Shown here in pieces: positions 12,840 to 25,900 of a stretch of 64,000 nt of DNA. The notes under the pieces are model-generated. The model did not search any database. It saw only the letters and a program-made list of their open reading frames with translations, and was not told the origin of the DNA. The DNA comes from Eledone cirrhosa (Eukaryota), in contig OZ024742.1 of assembly GCA_964016885.1 (NCBI GenBank), forward strand, positions 275,342,001 to 275,406,000, in the 5' to 3' direction. The position numbers and the translations under genes are program-made. Numbering within the stretch: position 1 is the first letter of the stretch; the number at the start of each line of letters is the position of its first letter.

Positions 12840-13270
12840 TATATATATTGTCTCATTGTTTGGATTCTTGTAGCGGTAGTCATAGCTGTCTTTATATCTA
12901 AACTATTATTTAAGAAATCAAGTATCACTAGATTGAGGAAAATTCATTGAATATACATATCTGCTCCGAAACTGATAAGTCATCATCTGTGTGTATACCT
13001 GGGCTATGTGGGAAGGTTTGCTTAGTGGAGTGTGGGTGGGTGTAGATGTTAAAAATAAATAATCAAATGTCAGTCATCTCAGTCTTGTCATAATCTCCTA
13101 TAGAGATAATCTTACCAGTTTTTGAACCAGTACGGTATGATACTGACCATACGTGCAGTCATTAATTATAATAATTTCTAGGTGGAAGAATTTCGATAGA
13201 GGTGATAAAAAAAAGAGAGAGAGATAGACAAACCTGAAATGGGGTAGGTAAAAATCTAGTCGTATCAGGA
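12840..13270 (-). pseudogene. Possible highly decayed PLE reverse transcriptase fragment
   Basis: Hand translation gives ISIGDYDKTE and GIHTDDDL, in the order expected for MGSYDGAE and GLYRDDGL motifs. Weak. Confidence 0.3.
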
Positions 13271-14212
13271 AGTTCTAAATCCCTCACTAAAAATCAAAAA
13301 TATAAACAACAACAACGAAGAAAATAGTGACGTGAAACAAACGAAGCAGCCAATTGACCGACAAAATCGGTAATCACAACAACAAAAACATTAGAAATGT
13401 CAACAGAAGTAACCAAACGAACAGCAAGAACAAAATAAGATTAACCACAACTGTAGCAACATGAGGACAGACAACCGTAGACTTAATCACTCCCACAGTT
13501 TAACAACACCAACTGGTCCTTGAATATCTTTAGTCGAGTCCACTCTGTTACAAGCGTTTAGACTCGGTATCTAGTTTGAGTATACCTCCCTTCTTTTCTC
13601 CCTCTCATCCTAATGTCTCATCATGGGAATTGTCCAATCCTTTACTAAACTGGAAACAACAGTGATATATAAAAAGCCTAAAATACTTTAACAGTAGCAG
13701 CAGAAGAAGTGTCAACAACAGTCACAAGAACAATAAAGATAACGGTAGAAATTACAACCACAACACCCATAACAACAAAAGAAACAAATAAGCCAGGGAG
13801 GTCATGCACTTGAGACACAAACACAATGGCATTTAAAACAGGTGAGGTGAAATTGAACGTATTCATTTCGGCAGAGAGACTTGATACAAACAACAACCGT
13901 CCCCACATGGCATAGGATATGCTTTATAATTCTGATACCTTGGATTACTAATACTTCAAACAAAATTAGTGGTTTTTCCCACACGTTTGCTAGCTAACAT
14001 GTCGCAGTTACGAAGGAACTGTATATAATGAACCTGGCCAGGATTCGGTGTACAAACATGAAGACTTGCGTAATTATCTCAATTAATTAATATATAGATT
14101 AGCTGAACTCGTGGAAAATTCACGCTTTAATTAGAATCAACAACAACGTATTAAAGACCAAAATATATACATATACATACCCACACTCACACACATGCAT
14201 GTCTGTATGTTT

Positions 14213-14268
<56 letters not shown>

Positions 14269-14271
<3 letters not shown>

Positions 14272-15313
14272 AACCAGTAAGACCCCGACAGCTGAGCTCA
14301 AGCCGTTTCGACGGCTAATTCTGGACTAAATGAAAATTTATCCTGGTATTTAAATAGCCGATCTTCTCAAGGGGTAATTCCATATATGGTCAAAGTGATT
14401 GTCAAAAATCAGTAGTAATTCTGTGGTTGCAAATTAGTAGGGGAGATGGTGGCTAAACCTGCGAGTAGGAGAAAGAGGGGAGAGGGTGTAGTAGACCCAA
14501 TCAAGCGTTGGTAGTGCCAGCTACAGCTGGGCATGAGGTCAAAGAAGATACAGGGGAGGGGGGGGGGGAGTCGGAACGGTAGGTAGAACAATGGGGGGTA
14601 GAAATAGGAAAGAAAAAATACTGAGAGTGAAGAAAAGCAAATAAGTGTAAAGAAAAAAGTAAAGTAAATTAAAATCAACGACCTAGGTGTCAGGCTATTG
14701 TTAGGCGAGAATAAAATAAAGAAAGAAAGAAAGAAGTAAATAAATAAATAAATAAATAAATAAGGAAATAAGTAAGAGAACTAGGTGGGACGGATAAGGC
14801 AAGGACCCTTTTAAGAGGTATAAGTACGTAAATGATACGGTGACGGGTCAACAAAAGGGGCCAAAATACTAAAGAGACTACCACGAAATAAACAATAAAG
14901 GTTTCCATCCCGGGCCAGCAACGACCCAGTGCAGCAAAGTGAACTTGTACGAGATAATAATTCTGAGTCCCGAGAAAAATATATACTAATGCTAACTCTA
15001 AAAGATCTAAAACAAGCTACATGAAAGTTCGTACGAAATAAAGGTAGAATACGGAGAAATAAATTCAGAATCCACCCCGCCCAGAAGAAAAGCGAAGCAA
15101 GAAATACTGAAACGAAAAAATAAGGCATAAGTGCCACTAAGAAATATAGAGGGCACAGAGAATAGTGGGAGCGGTCGGAAAAAGGGGGAAAGTATCCGGG
15201 GTCTAAGCCAACTGCTATAAAGGGCGGAGTCCGCCAAATCTATCAAAGACTAGGGGAGGGGGGGGGGTACTAAGGCTACATGGTCCACCTGGTTCCTTAC
15301 CACATTTCCTTCG
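14269..15313 (-). mobile_element. ~1-kb TA-flanked non-coding element with a hammerhead near its 3' end
   Basis: Bounded by (TA)n on both sides; HHR at 14282-14375; related 3' half at ~15924-16005. Confidence 0.55.
14282..14375 (-). ncRNA. Type I hammerhead, U3-A8 core variant
   Basis: ACCCC-UUGAGAA-GA(u)CGGCUA..UAGCCGUC-GAA-ACGGCU ugagcuc AGCUGU-C^GGGGU. Confidence 0.8.
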
Positions 15314-15381
<68 letters not shown>

Positions 15382-15417
15382 TATATATATATAAATGTAT
15401 ACATATATATATATATA

Positions 15418-15761
15418 AGTATGTTTTGAAACAGTGAGCAGGTTTGAAATTAGAAAATAGAATAGCTTTCACCGTATTTTTGACTAAAGAAATTTTAGTC
15501 TGATAATGGGGTTTAGAACCCTCAGTTAAAAGGAAAAAGATGAGTATTGACGTACATTGACGAAGATGGTACTCATCTTTTTCCATTTAACTGAGGGTTC
15601 TGTGTTGGTGTAATGGTAGCACAGTGGTCTGGATAACCAAAGATGTGGGTTCGACTCCCATGTACGTCAATACTCATCTTTTTCCATTTAACTGAGGGTT
15701 CTAAACCCCATTATCAGACTAAAATTTCTTTAGTCAAAAATACGGTGAAAGCTATTCTATT

Positions 15762-15767
<6 letters not shown>
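15418..15767 (+). mobile_element. tRNA-headed short element with a long inverted duplication
   Basis: A-box-like tggtgtaatgg (~15606) and B-box ggttcgactcc (~15648); ~15451-15557 is the reverse complement of ~15660-15767. Confidence 0.55.
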
Positions 15768-15806
<39 letters not shown>

Positions 15807-15889
15807 TCTTTTCATATTACCCACTCTACTACCCCAAGTATCGAGTACTCTGGTGGGTTATGGTCCACTTGGGATTTTACCACACCCTT

Positions 15890-15926
<37 letters not shown>

Positions 15927-16039
15927 AAAAGAGTCACGACCCCGACTCTGAGCTCCGGCCGTTTCGATAGCTAGATCCGAACTAGATCGAAGAACATTAT
16001 ACTTTCAATATATATATATATATATATTATTTTTTGTCA

Positions 16040-17430
16040 AAATATGGACGGAATGGGCCATCCCCCCAAGTTAAGCCAGCTGCCACTTGACCGTGGATCT
16101 AACGTTGACGACGCTCCCATCACCGCTATTATGGACGGTGCTACCAACACTACAGACATCATCGCTGACAACAACAAGAATAAAAACAACAATGACAATA
16201 ACCAAAAGTTATCCTGTGCAGCAACTGCTAACAAAATAGATTTTCCACATTTGCCAACATTTAACGATGTGAACTATGCCGACAATCACGTCCAACAACA
16301 ATTGAAACAAACAACAAAATTAAAACCAACACAGACAGTCGCGTGAACACAAGAATAATAAACAACATAGACAACGATAGCAGTAACAACAACACAAATA
16401 ACAATATCAATATCAACCACACCACCAATGCAACAACAAACATAACAGAAGCAAACAATAAAAAGTAACGCCGACAAGAATGGCAACGCAGATGGCAACA
16501 ACAATAACATGAACAACAATAATAAGAGTAACAACAACAACAATAAGAATAACAACGACAAAAACAGCAACGACAACAACAGCAACCGCAGTACAAGACC
16601 AAACGTGTCTTTTGCCGGAGCTGCAAACAAAAATCAAATGGTCACGGAGACCTACGGGGAAATGAATGAGGCCGAACGAAGGATAAAAAAATTGATACAA
16701 GATCACCCTAACTCTTCCATCCAATGTTATGGAACAAGTAAGGCTATATACGGTGGCATGTGTTACATTTAGCCCCAAAACACACCTTGGACATGTGTGG
16801 GCACAAAAATCCCACATCACACGTGGAAAAGATATGGGACTGTGGACGTGTTTTTTGCGACCTAACGAGGGCATAGAACAGGCCATGACCCCAGTAAAGA
16901 CTGATGAGCTCACTCTGGTCCCAAGCTACTGCTGGCAATAGCAATTCTATGGCTGATAGCGGCCGTCTTCACCGACATCGAAGACAACACGATAATTAAA
17001 ATAAAACAGGAAAACTGCTCCGGATGAGGAGTGGAGCTCCTGGTCTAAACGGACCAGAAGAAAATCAAAGAAATTCTAGAAGTAATAGACCTCGATGACG
17101 GCAGGCTTTTCACCGTGACCGTCGAGAGTAGAAGGCGAAGTAGTCATGTGTGTGTGGAAAAAACCCACCTAAAGCCTCTGCCCTCAGGATTTGGCCAAAA
17201 TATTAATGCCACATCTCCTGCCTTCACCACATGTTTACAAGCTCGACCAAGAATAACAAAAGCAGCAACTGTAGCAGCAACTGTAGCAAGAATACCAACA
17301 TGACCCACCACGACAGAAGCAACACTAGGGTCACCACTATCCACTACACCACAACGCCTGTGGATGACATGCCACTCTCCGACCTCGCACCACTGAAAAC
17401 CAATTGGTGGAAAACCGTCAACAAATAAAA
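16040..17430 (+). pseudogene. Tx1/L1-like ORF1 remnant
   Basis: N-rich tract, SFAGAA and VWAQKSHITRGK align to ORF1 at 26120-27067 and 31444-32619. Confidence 0.7.
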
Positions 17431-17449
17431 TGTACTCTTTTCCTTCACC

Positions 17450-18520
17450 CACTTCGTGGTCTTTCCCGCCGTTTCCGTCTTTCCCTTCAAGCTGTTCACA
17501 TAACATCTTCTGGTTCTTGTTAAACAAGTAGTTCTGCCTATACTGACAAAACTCTGCTCTCATATCGTTTAATCTTTGCACTCTTTGCTACACTGCGTTG
17601 TATAAGTTCTTCTATGATAAAATTTAGTTCTGTTTCCTTAGTGTTCTATTTTATTTTCAATCTATCCTCATTGTCTGTTTTGTAATGTCCCGTTTAGTAA
17701 AGACTCGACCTCTCAGTCGCCTCTTCCCCCCAAGGCTTTGTCCTTTCTTGTTTGCTGCTTTCACTCGTTTTTATACCAAGCTATTTTTTCACCACATTTG
17801 TGGTTGTTTTGAGGATGTTGTTGCATTGGTGAAGTTTCTTCACCTCAAAGTATGAGATGACCCTACTTACCTTAGCTGTCGTTTCTTTTAACTTTTTCCT
17901 GTCTACAAATCATAGGTTTTCCACTATCATTGTTCATCTCATCTGCCACTAAGTTCAGAATATCAACAAAATCTTGCCCTTGGTCGTCAGCATTCATTAA
18001 CTCAATGGTCGTATCTTTATTCTAGATGTTATTTATTTCAGCATTCAAGTCATTGTCTGCCTCGGTTGCTTCCCTAGGTCTCTCAACTTCTTCATCTTCA
18101 TTTCTTAATGGCTCATTTGCCTGATATAACTCACTCACCATTTCCAACTCAATCTCTCTGCTCAGTTCTTCTAGTTCCAATTCACTTATCCATTCATTAG
18201 TTTTTATTACATGAGCCTGACCATGCAATGTTTGTTCACAATTTAAACAGAACAACCCAATTCCAGATTTTATGGTTACGTTTCCTATAGCCCTTTTTCG
18301 TGGGATCACTCTTCAGTTAGAATTTCATTACAGTTGTATTCAATTCTTTCGTCTAGTTGGTTCTTGCCTCACTCCTTCTTCCTCCTCCAACACCAGCAGT
18401 ATTTAAATGACAGCCAGGTCCCTGCTGCTGGGCCAAGGAGCACTTGCAGGGTAAGGGTCTTTCCCATGAATTTGCAGCCACATTTTAACCGTTATACACT
18501 CATATAGAGGATTAGTAAGT
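17450..18520 (-). pseudogene. Degraded 5' part of an R4/Dong-like element
   Basis: GQAHVIKTNEWISELELEELSREI and QYRQNYLFNKNQK match the ORF at 34026. Confidence 0.85.
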
Positions 18521-18564
18521 ATAAGGTAGCACTAACACCAATGACACCATTACTTATTACTATT

Positions 18565-18915
18565 AATTGTTTCTACTTTTGGCACAAGGTCAGCAATTAC
18601 CCCAGTGTATTACTGGTACTTTATTTTATCGAACCCGTAAGGATGAAAGACAAAGTTAACCTCGGTGGGATTTAAACTCAAACCATAAATGGCCGTAGTT
18701 AAAATCCCGCCGAGGTTAACTTTACTATTAATTATGGTTTGGTAGTATCGCTAGAGCGTCAGACAACATACTTTTCAGCATAGGAGTTATGGCACTTTAC
18801 GTTCTGAGTTCAAATCCCACGAGGTTAGGTTAAATTTGCCGTTCATCCTTACGGGGTTCGACAAAATAAAGCACCAGTAATGTACTGGGGTAATTGCTGT
18901 CCTTGGGACAAAAGA
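18565..18915. mobile_element. Two divergently oriented tRNA-derived SINE copies
   Basis: gagttcaaatccc B-box plus ttcatccttacggggttcgacaaaataaagcaccagt core on + (18735-18915) and its reverse complement (18565-18700). Further copies at ~2070, ~48550 and ~58185. Confidence 0.75.
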
Positions 18916-19199
18916 ATAATGACAGTTATGTAAAATGTTTGTTGTTAACTGTTTATAAGTTCATATATATTGCTTTCTTAAAAGAACACTCAGTAATATT
19001 GGGACTGCTGCGGCTCTCGGCCACTGAAGCGGAGTGTTGCAAAAAGCTGATAACAGCCGCTGAAATACGGAGAGCGCTGTCAGACAACACAGAGAGAGGA
19101 GGGCTTTGTCAATGTGTCAACAAGACAGCGTACCACCGAAGAAGACTACAAAAATAAATGAAAATATTACGAAAGAAAAGAGAAATATTATCCTTTTTA

Positions 19200-22100
19200 A
19201 TGATATTGTTTCAGATATAAAAAAGCCAAATAGTACATTGGTTGGCCGCGTCTGTTTTTGCTGGAATCGAGTACAGGACGACCAGGCTGCAAGTACAGAG
19301 GATATGGAGGGAAACTGGTCAGGTATAGGAATGCATATGTTAATCCAAACTGACCAGGAGTGTATCGAGGCTATGCCGGACATTATAGACCTCGGGGAAA
19401 GAATCCAACTCCCTATAAACGTAGAAGGAAGGCACCCTAAGTGATATCAGTGTTGGTGAAAGGGTTACCTCAAGGTCTTTTGTCCGCAGAAGAGAGCAAA
19501 GAAATAGGCCGCAATAGCTACAATTGCAGTAGCAACACAGGCGGAAAAGTCACCGAGGCGGGCTACCCTACAAACCCCAACAGCCGTGGAGCTCGTACCA
19601 CACCCAAACGCCATGGATTCCGACATGGAGTTTGAGGCAGAAGTGGAATGGCAAAAACGAGGGAAAACAGAACCCTCCAAAAACGAGGGAAAACAAAGAG
19701 GGATAAAGGGTGCAAGTTGACTTGCATCAACACCACCACCATCAGCACCGCAAGCATCACCACCAACAACCACAAACACCAACATCGAAAATACAATGAG
19801 GCACACATACCCAACAGCAACAACAAGAAAACAGCAACAAATCCAAACCCCCCAATAAACATTATACAGCCATAAAAATGGCAAACAAAGAACTCATAGA
19901 ACATATAAAGCAACACACAGACATTACAGACAAACATTGCTGCACCCTACCAACACCAAGAACATTACCAAAAAATATAAACGTTGTCGAAGTTAAACTA
20001 GAACATTATAAACATTTAAAACAAAAATTACTCAAAGCAGTTGGAGACTTCAGAGGGTCGGTTACCAAGAGAATATACACGGACATTATCTTGGAGAGAA
20101 CAATGACTAATCAAACGTACGGTTCGACTGTCCCTCTCCCACACGATCAGGGTAGGTGATCCTTTCTCACTTACTCCATTCCTCACCCAACATGGCCTTA
20201 CTTAGACAAGGCAGTATAAATGAACGTGGTCTGGGTCATCTTGGAAGCAGGGTCACCTGCTGAACGACCTCAGGTCACTAAACATAGATGTGGTAGCCAT
20301 CAGTGAGACCAGAATCTCAGAAGTACGAGCCTTCGCACCGATCTTCGGCTGCTACGATGTATACCCATCTCCCAGCCACCCCGGAGCGGGGAGCGGATTT
20401 GCAGTGCTCTTTGGGAGAAGCTTGGATCTCGCCATACGGGCCATCTTCCTGCACCCAGAAGGTAAGTCGGTGTTGCTAGAAGTGACCGGCAGCGAAGGCA
20501 ATTCTTTCTGGCTAGTAGCCGTCTACGCCCCAATAGAGGCAGAACGGCCAGATTTCTTCAGACGTCTAGAGACATTTCTTGCGTTAGTGGGTGACTTGAA
20601 CGGTTTTGTTAGATGCACGCCGGGTTTATGTGGGGATTGTAAATAAGCGAGGAGGTTGTAAAAACTTCACCAAACTGCTCGGACGTTTCCATCTGTCTGA
20701 CAGGTATCGCCTGGATTATCCGAATGTGCCAATGGGGACATGGACAAACCGCATCGCGTCATTCAGATCGTATTGGTGATCTGTAAAGTCGACTTAGATA
20801 GACTTCATACGCAAGGACTCGGTAACTGGAAAATGAACCCATCTTTCCCGTCGGGGCAAAGCTTACAGAGACCGGATAAGCGAATTAGTTAAGAGTGCGT
20901 TGACGGGTGCGATCGTCCACAACAGGTGGTGGTTTACTCTGAAAACGGCAATTAGAGTAGAATCGATAAGGTTTAGGAAAGGAGTAGCGATAGAGGAAAA
21001 TAGGCTACGTTGTCAGAGCTAGAGCGCGAGTGGACACCAGCCGTCAAATAGGCCTGGGTGGTGGGGCAACAAATCCACAATTCAATCTTTGCTTGACCAA
21101 AACGCGCGCATGTTATTCGAACAGGAGCAGATGTGTAAGAATTTCCAGCTGCACTTTGCTCGACTGTTTGGGAGCGGCGGCGAGCCGGACCGGAGTATGA
21201 ACTTCAGTGCATATCCCGAGGGACTGCCCCAGCTCTTGACGACCGCGGCGCAGTATTGCGAAAAGCTGGTAACATCAAGTGAAATATGCGAAGCAATGTC
21301 TGACTGCAGGCGGGATAAATCGCCAGGTTTGTATGGTCTGCTCTACGAGTTTTATGCTTACATACCAGACTTGTTCGCGACCTCTTGGCAGATGTCTACT
21401 GCAACTGGCAGTAGAACGGAAGCTTTCTCAGTGTTGTAATCCGGGGAGCGGTGGCGCTGTTGAGAAAATACCCGAACAATGGGGACGTTATAGAATTGGG
21501 ATGTGGGAAGTCCGTATCGGCTTACGCTGATGACGTCACCGTGGTGGTGTCAAGCACCAGAGCAGTGACAGGAACAAATTTAAACCATATAAAGTCGGTG
21601 GGCTTGCAGCTCGGCACATTGAGAGGCAAGTTCATGCCGTTCGTCAGTGTCGTGGGTTAAATTGCTCGGTGTCTGGTTTGGTACGGACCTCCAGGTGGAG
21701 ATAAACTAGAGCGATGTGACGAGCAGGGTAGCCTCTCTAACCAGAAAATAGGTCGAGTGGAAGCTGACCCTGAAATTTCGGATGGCGGTGGCGAATGCGT
21801 TAAGGACCTAACCGTTGTGCCTTGCCCCGGCCCAACTCTGACAAAAATGGAGCACCTCCTCTATTCTTTTTATGTAACGGACGAGCTCTTATGGTCAGAC
21901 GATCCATCTACTGTCAGCAGCCGTTGCGTGGAGGGCTGCGCATGCCATGGCTGACGATGCGCAAAGACGCGCTGAGGCTGCGACATCTCTGGTGCTTCCT
22001 TGACGGTGAACAGGTGTGGTAACCGTTTACCAGACGTGTTTTTCCCCAGCTTGTCTCATTAACAGAGCTGTAGTCCTGGATCAGGAAAAGACCAAGAGAT

Positions 22101-22948
22101 AGCGCTTGGAAGCTGTATGTCTCCAAGCGCTCACAGCCTTCTACCAGCTGGGCACAAGTATAGGTGGCACATCCACCTCGACGTTCTATAGAGGGCTAGT
22201 GGAAGGGAAGAGTGACGATGTTCTCGGCGAAACCATGGGCGTCGAAGACGATCATCTGTTTGTTCTCCTCAAGAGAAGTTTCAGCCCGGGGCCTATGGAC
22301 AACTTCCAGAAATCCCTGGCCTGGCAGTGCTACTGGGGAGCGTTGCCGGTTCGGGATAAGCTCTACAGGCAAAACTGTCCAAGATGCACGCAGGATGACG
22401 AAACCGTCGTGCACGCACTCGTTCAGTGCCCGAGCATTGCTGACCTGTGGGGCTATGTTCAACAGTTGCTACCGCGTGTAGGACGGATCTGGTTATCGAC
22501 TGAATTCATTGTGCAGATAGCCCCGCCGCCCATCTTGTGCAGATAGCCCCGGCGTCCATATTTAAGGAGGAGGAAGTGCATGCAGTTTTCATCTGCCTGG
22601 AGGACATGGCGTAAGTAATTGTATGTTGGACAAAGTTGAAAGGATTGAAGACGGACACTTTCCATTTCGGTCAACCGTGATTAACTTACTCAAATCTCAA
22701 TTGAAGAGGAAAATCAGGGTGGAGAGGTAAGTGCTGTCTTCTAATAAGTTTGTTGAAAGGTGGGTGAAAATGGTGAATCTGGTTCGAGTAAACGGACCCG
22801 TTCTGAGTATGTGTCTGTAGACTGAGGAGTGGGAGAACTGAGAGAGGGCGCTTGCCCTGGTGGTCAGGGTGGCCGTAGGCTTTTGTGTGATTTTTACCAC
22901 TAGTGACCCTTGGAGGATTCCCCCTATTTGGGGAATTTTTCTTGTTTG
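19200..22948 (+). mobile_element. Degraded Tx1/L1-like LINE with internal deletions
   Basis: ORF1 remnant, APE motif VAISETR, YADD and C-terminal CPRC..ET..H..C. Confidence 0.85.
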
Positions 22949-22949
22949 A

Positions 22950-25900
22950 ATTTCACAAGTCAATACGTACAACAGGGACGTACAACAGGTGACCATTCAC
23001 TCTCACCATAGAGCAGATGTTGCTGTGCATGGCAGCGATCCAGCTTATGGAGACGGACCCAAAGCCGGCCGCCCTCAGGACCGCAGCCAGATAACAATGG
23101 TCGACATTGTCGAATGCCTTCGACTGATCTAAATAGATCAAGGACCAATCCATGTCGTATCGCATGAGGTGGAGATTATCGTAGATGGATCTGTCTGGAA
23201 TGGCGCGTGTCTAGCATCTCTCCTACCAGACCACCGACGACAAACGACAAGCTCTTTGCTAGCACATTCGCGAAAATCTTGAACTCTGAGTTTAGCAGAG
23301 TTATGGGCCTGAAATTATCTATGTTATCCCCCTTGTTCGGATCCTTTCTCGCCAGCGCCTCTGCTGCTCGTCGCACAGAGCTGGAAATTCCCCCGTTCTG
23401 CTGCCAGTTGCAGTAGACGTCCGACAAGGGACTCCGCACAAGTCTGGCATATGTACGTAAAGTTCATAGGGCAGACCATCTAAAGCAGAAGAATTACCCC
23501 TTGTGCAGCCAATCATTGCCTCCCGTAATCAGCGGCTGTGATCGGATTTTCTCAATACACTACATCAGTGGCCGAGAGCCGCGGCAGTTCGCCGAAGAAG
23601 ATACTAAAGTCTATCCCGCGATTCGGCTCGCCGCTGCCCCTAAAGTGTCGCTGAAAAGCTTTACACATTTGCCCGGGATCCAGTAGCATGCGCCCGTCGT
23701 GGTCCACCAAAGACTGGATCGTGGATTTGTTGCTACGCCACGCCTGACCCACTCAGGCCCATCGAACGGCTTTCGTCCCCTCGTCTCTGAGAGCACGCAC
23801 CCTTGCACTGACAACGCAGCCTTCGTCCTTTGCGTTGTAAATTGGTTGAGGGTCAATTTCGCAGCAAGCACATCGGTCGCGATGCCTTTACTAAGCGCCT
23901 CCTCTAATTTTCTAACTAGTTCTCACTCTGCTCTATTTTTCTCTATTGCTAAAGCCTTACTAAACCTAATGGACTCTATTCTAATTGCTCTTTTCAGAGC
24001 AAACCACCATTTGTTGTTGATGCTAGCCCCCCATCAACGCCCGCTTAACTAGTTCGCTAATCCGGTCTCTGTAGGCCTTGCGTGCTGTTAATGACGCGTT
24101 TAGCTTCCAGTAGCCGGGTCTCTGTCTATGAAGCCCATCTAAGACAACCTCACAGATCAGGAATTTCTGGTCCGTGTAGTCGACTATTTTGAAATGTGGA
24201 CAGCTTATGCTAGACATATCTATTTCCCTACAAAATACGCCATCTAGATATGATCTGTATGACCCGATGCAGTTTGTCCATGTCCACATTGGCAGATTCG
24301 GGAAACCCAGACGGTACCTGTCAGACAATTGAAACCGTCTGAGCAGATTTGCGGGGCTTTTACACCCTCTAACATATCCGCTAATCCCACGCAGTTCCAG
24401 CGTGCATCTAAGATCCCGTTCCAGTCGCCCACTAACACTAAAGAGCGGGACGTTCCAAGAAAGGTTTCCAGACACCGGAAGAAGTCAAGCCACCCTGCTC
24501 CTGTTAGGGCATAGACGGCCACTAGCCTGAAAGCTTGCCCGTCTCCACTAGTCACGTCCAGCACCACCAACTTACCCTCTGGGTCCAGGAAGATGGCCCG
24601 TATGGCGAGATCCAAACCTCTCCGAAAAAGCACACCAACTCCTCCTCCCCCCCCCCGATCCCGGATGGCTGGGAGATGCGTACACATCGTAGCCGCCAAA
24701 GATCGGTGCGAAGGCCCGTGCTTCGGAGATTCTGGTCTCGCTGATGGCCACTAGATCTATGTTTAGTGACCTGAGGTCGTTGAGCAAGTGACCCTGCTTC
24801 CATGACGACCCCAAGCCACGCGCATTTATGCTGCCTATTCTGAGTGAGGTCATGTTTAAAATAGAGTGGAAAAGATGGGAAAGACCACTTACCTTACTTT
24901 TCGTAGAGGAAGGATGGTTTCTCCATCCCTTTTCACTTGATCGTCTGGTGAAGGGACCGTTGCATCGTCCCTTCGGCTGGTTGTCGGCTCTTCTATGAGT
25001 ATGTCCGAATATACTCTCCGGTTGAGAGTCCCTTCTAGGTCCCTGAAATCACCAACTGCGTTGGGGAATTTCGTTTTAATGTTTGTGTATTGTTTCTGTG
25101 CTATTTTTAGCAGTCTTATGTTCGTTGGCGTTTTGATTGGTGCTGGTATTATATAGTCGTGCTGTGAAATGTCTGTGTGTTCAATTATGTAAGTCATTAG
25201 TTTCTTGTTGTGTGTATTTATTGCCGTGCATTTGTTTTTCTGGGGGTGGGGTGTGGTTCTGCTATTTTCTTGTCGTTGTTGCTGGGTGTGTGTGTTTTGT
25301 TGTTATGTTTGCGATGGTGGTGCTTGTGGTGGGGGTGTTGAAGGTGTTGGTGTTGTTGGCGGTTGGGTTGTCGGCGGTGGTGATGGTGGTGCTAGTGTGG
25401 GTGGTGATGGTGTTGGTGGTGTTGCTGCTGTGAGTCTCTTTGCAGTAGCCTTTACCCTTTTTTCATTTCTTTCCTTCCTTTTCGAAGGCGACGATGCGCT
25501 GCTTCTGCGTTTGTGCCTTCTTACGACCTTTTGCCATCCCTCTCCCACCTCACACTCCATGTCTGATTCTGTGAGGTCGGGGAGGGGTACCAGCTCCACT
25601 CTTTCACTTGTTGTTGTTGGTGATGTTTGCAGTGGAGTCTCTGTTGCAGCTGCATTTGGTATTACTGTTGTTGTTGTTAATACTTCCACTGCTGCTGCTG
25701 TTCTTGATTTCCGTGGCGTGGGTATGGGTGCCACGGACCTATCGTTCCTGGTTGCCGCTTGTCCTGTTGCTGGTAGCCGTGGAGCCGGTTTCGGAAGGAG
25801 GGGATTTTCTCCTTTCTCAGGGTCTTCTCGTTGCAGAAGGCCCTGAGGTGAGTCTTCCATCCACAGCGAAAGCATTTCGGGCGTTTGCCCTCAACACTTA

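Noticed and set aside
15600-15662. Functional tRNA gene
   Set aside because: A and B boxes are present, but there is no complete acceptor stem or canonical anticodon arm.
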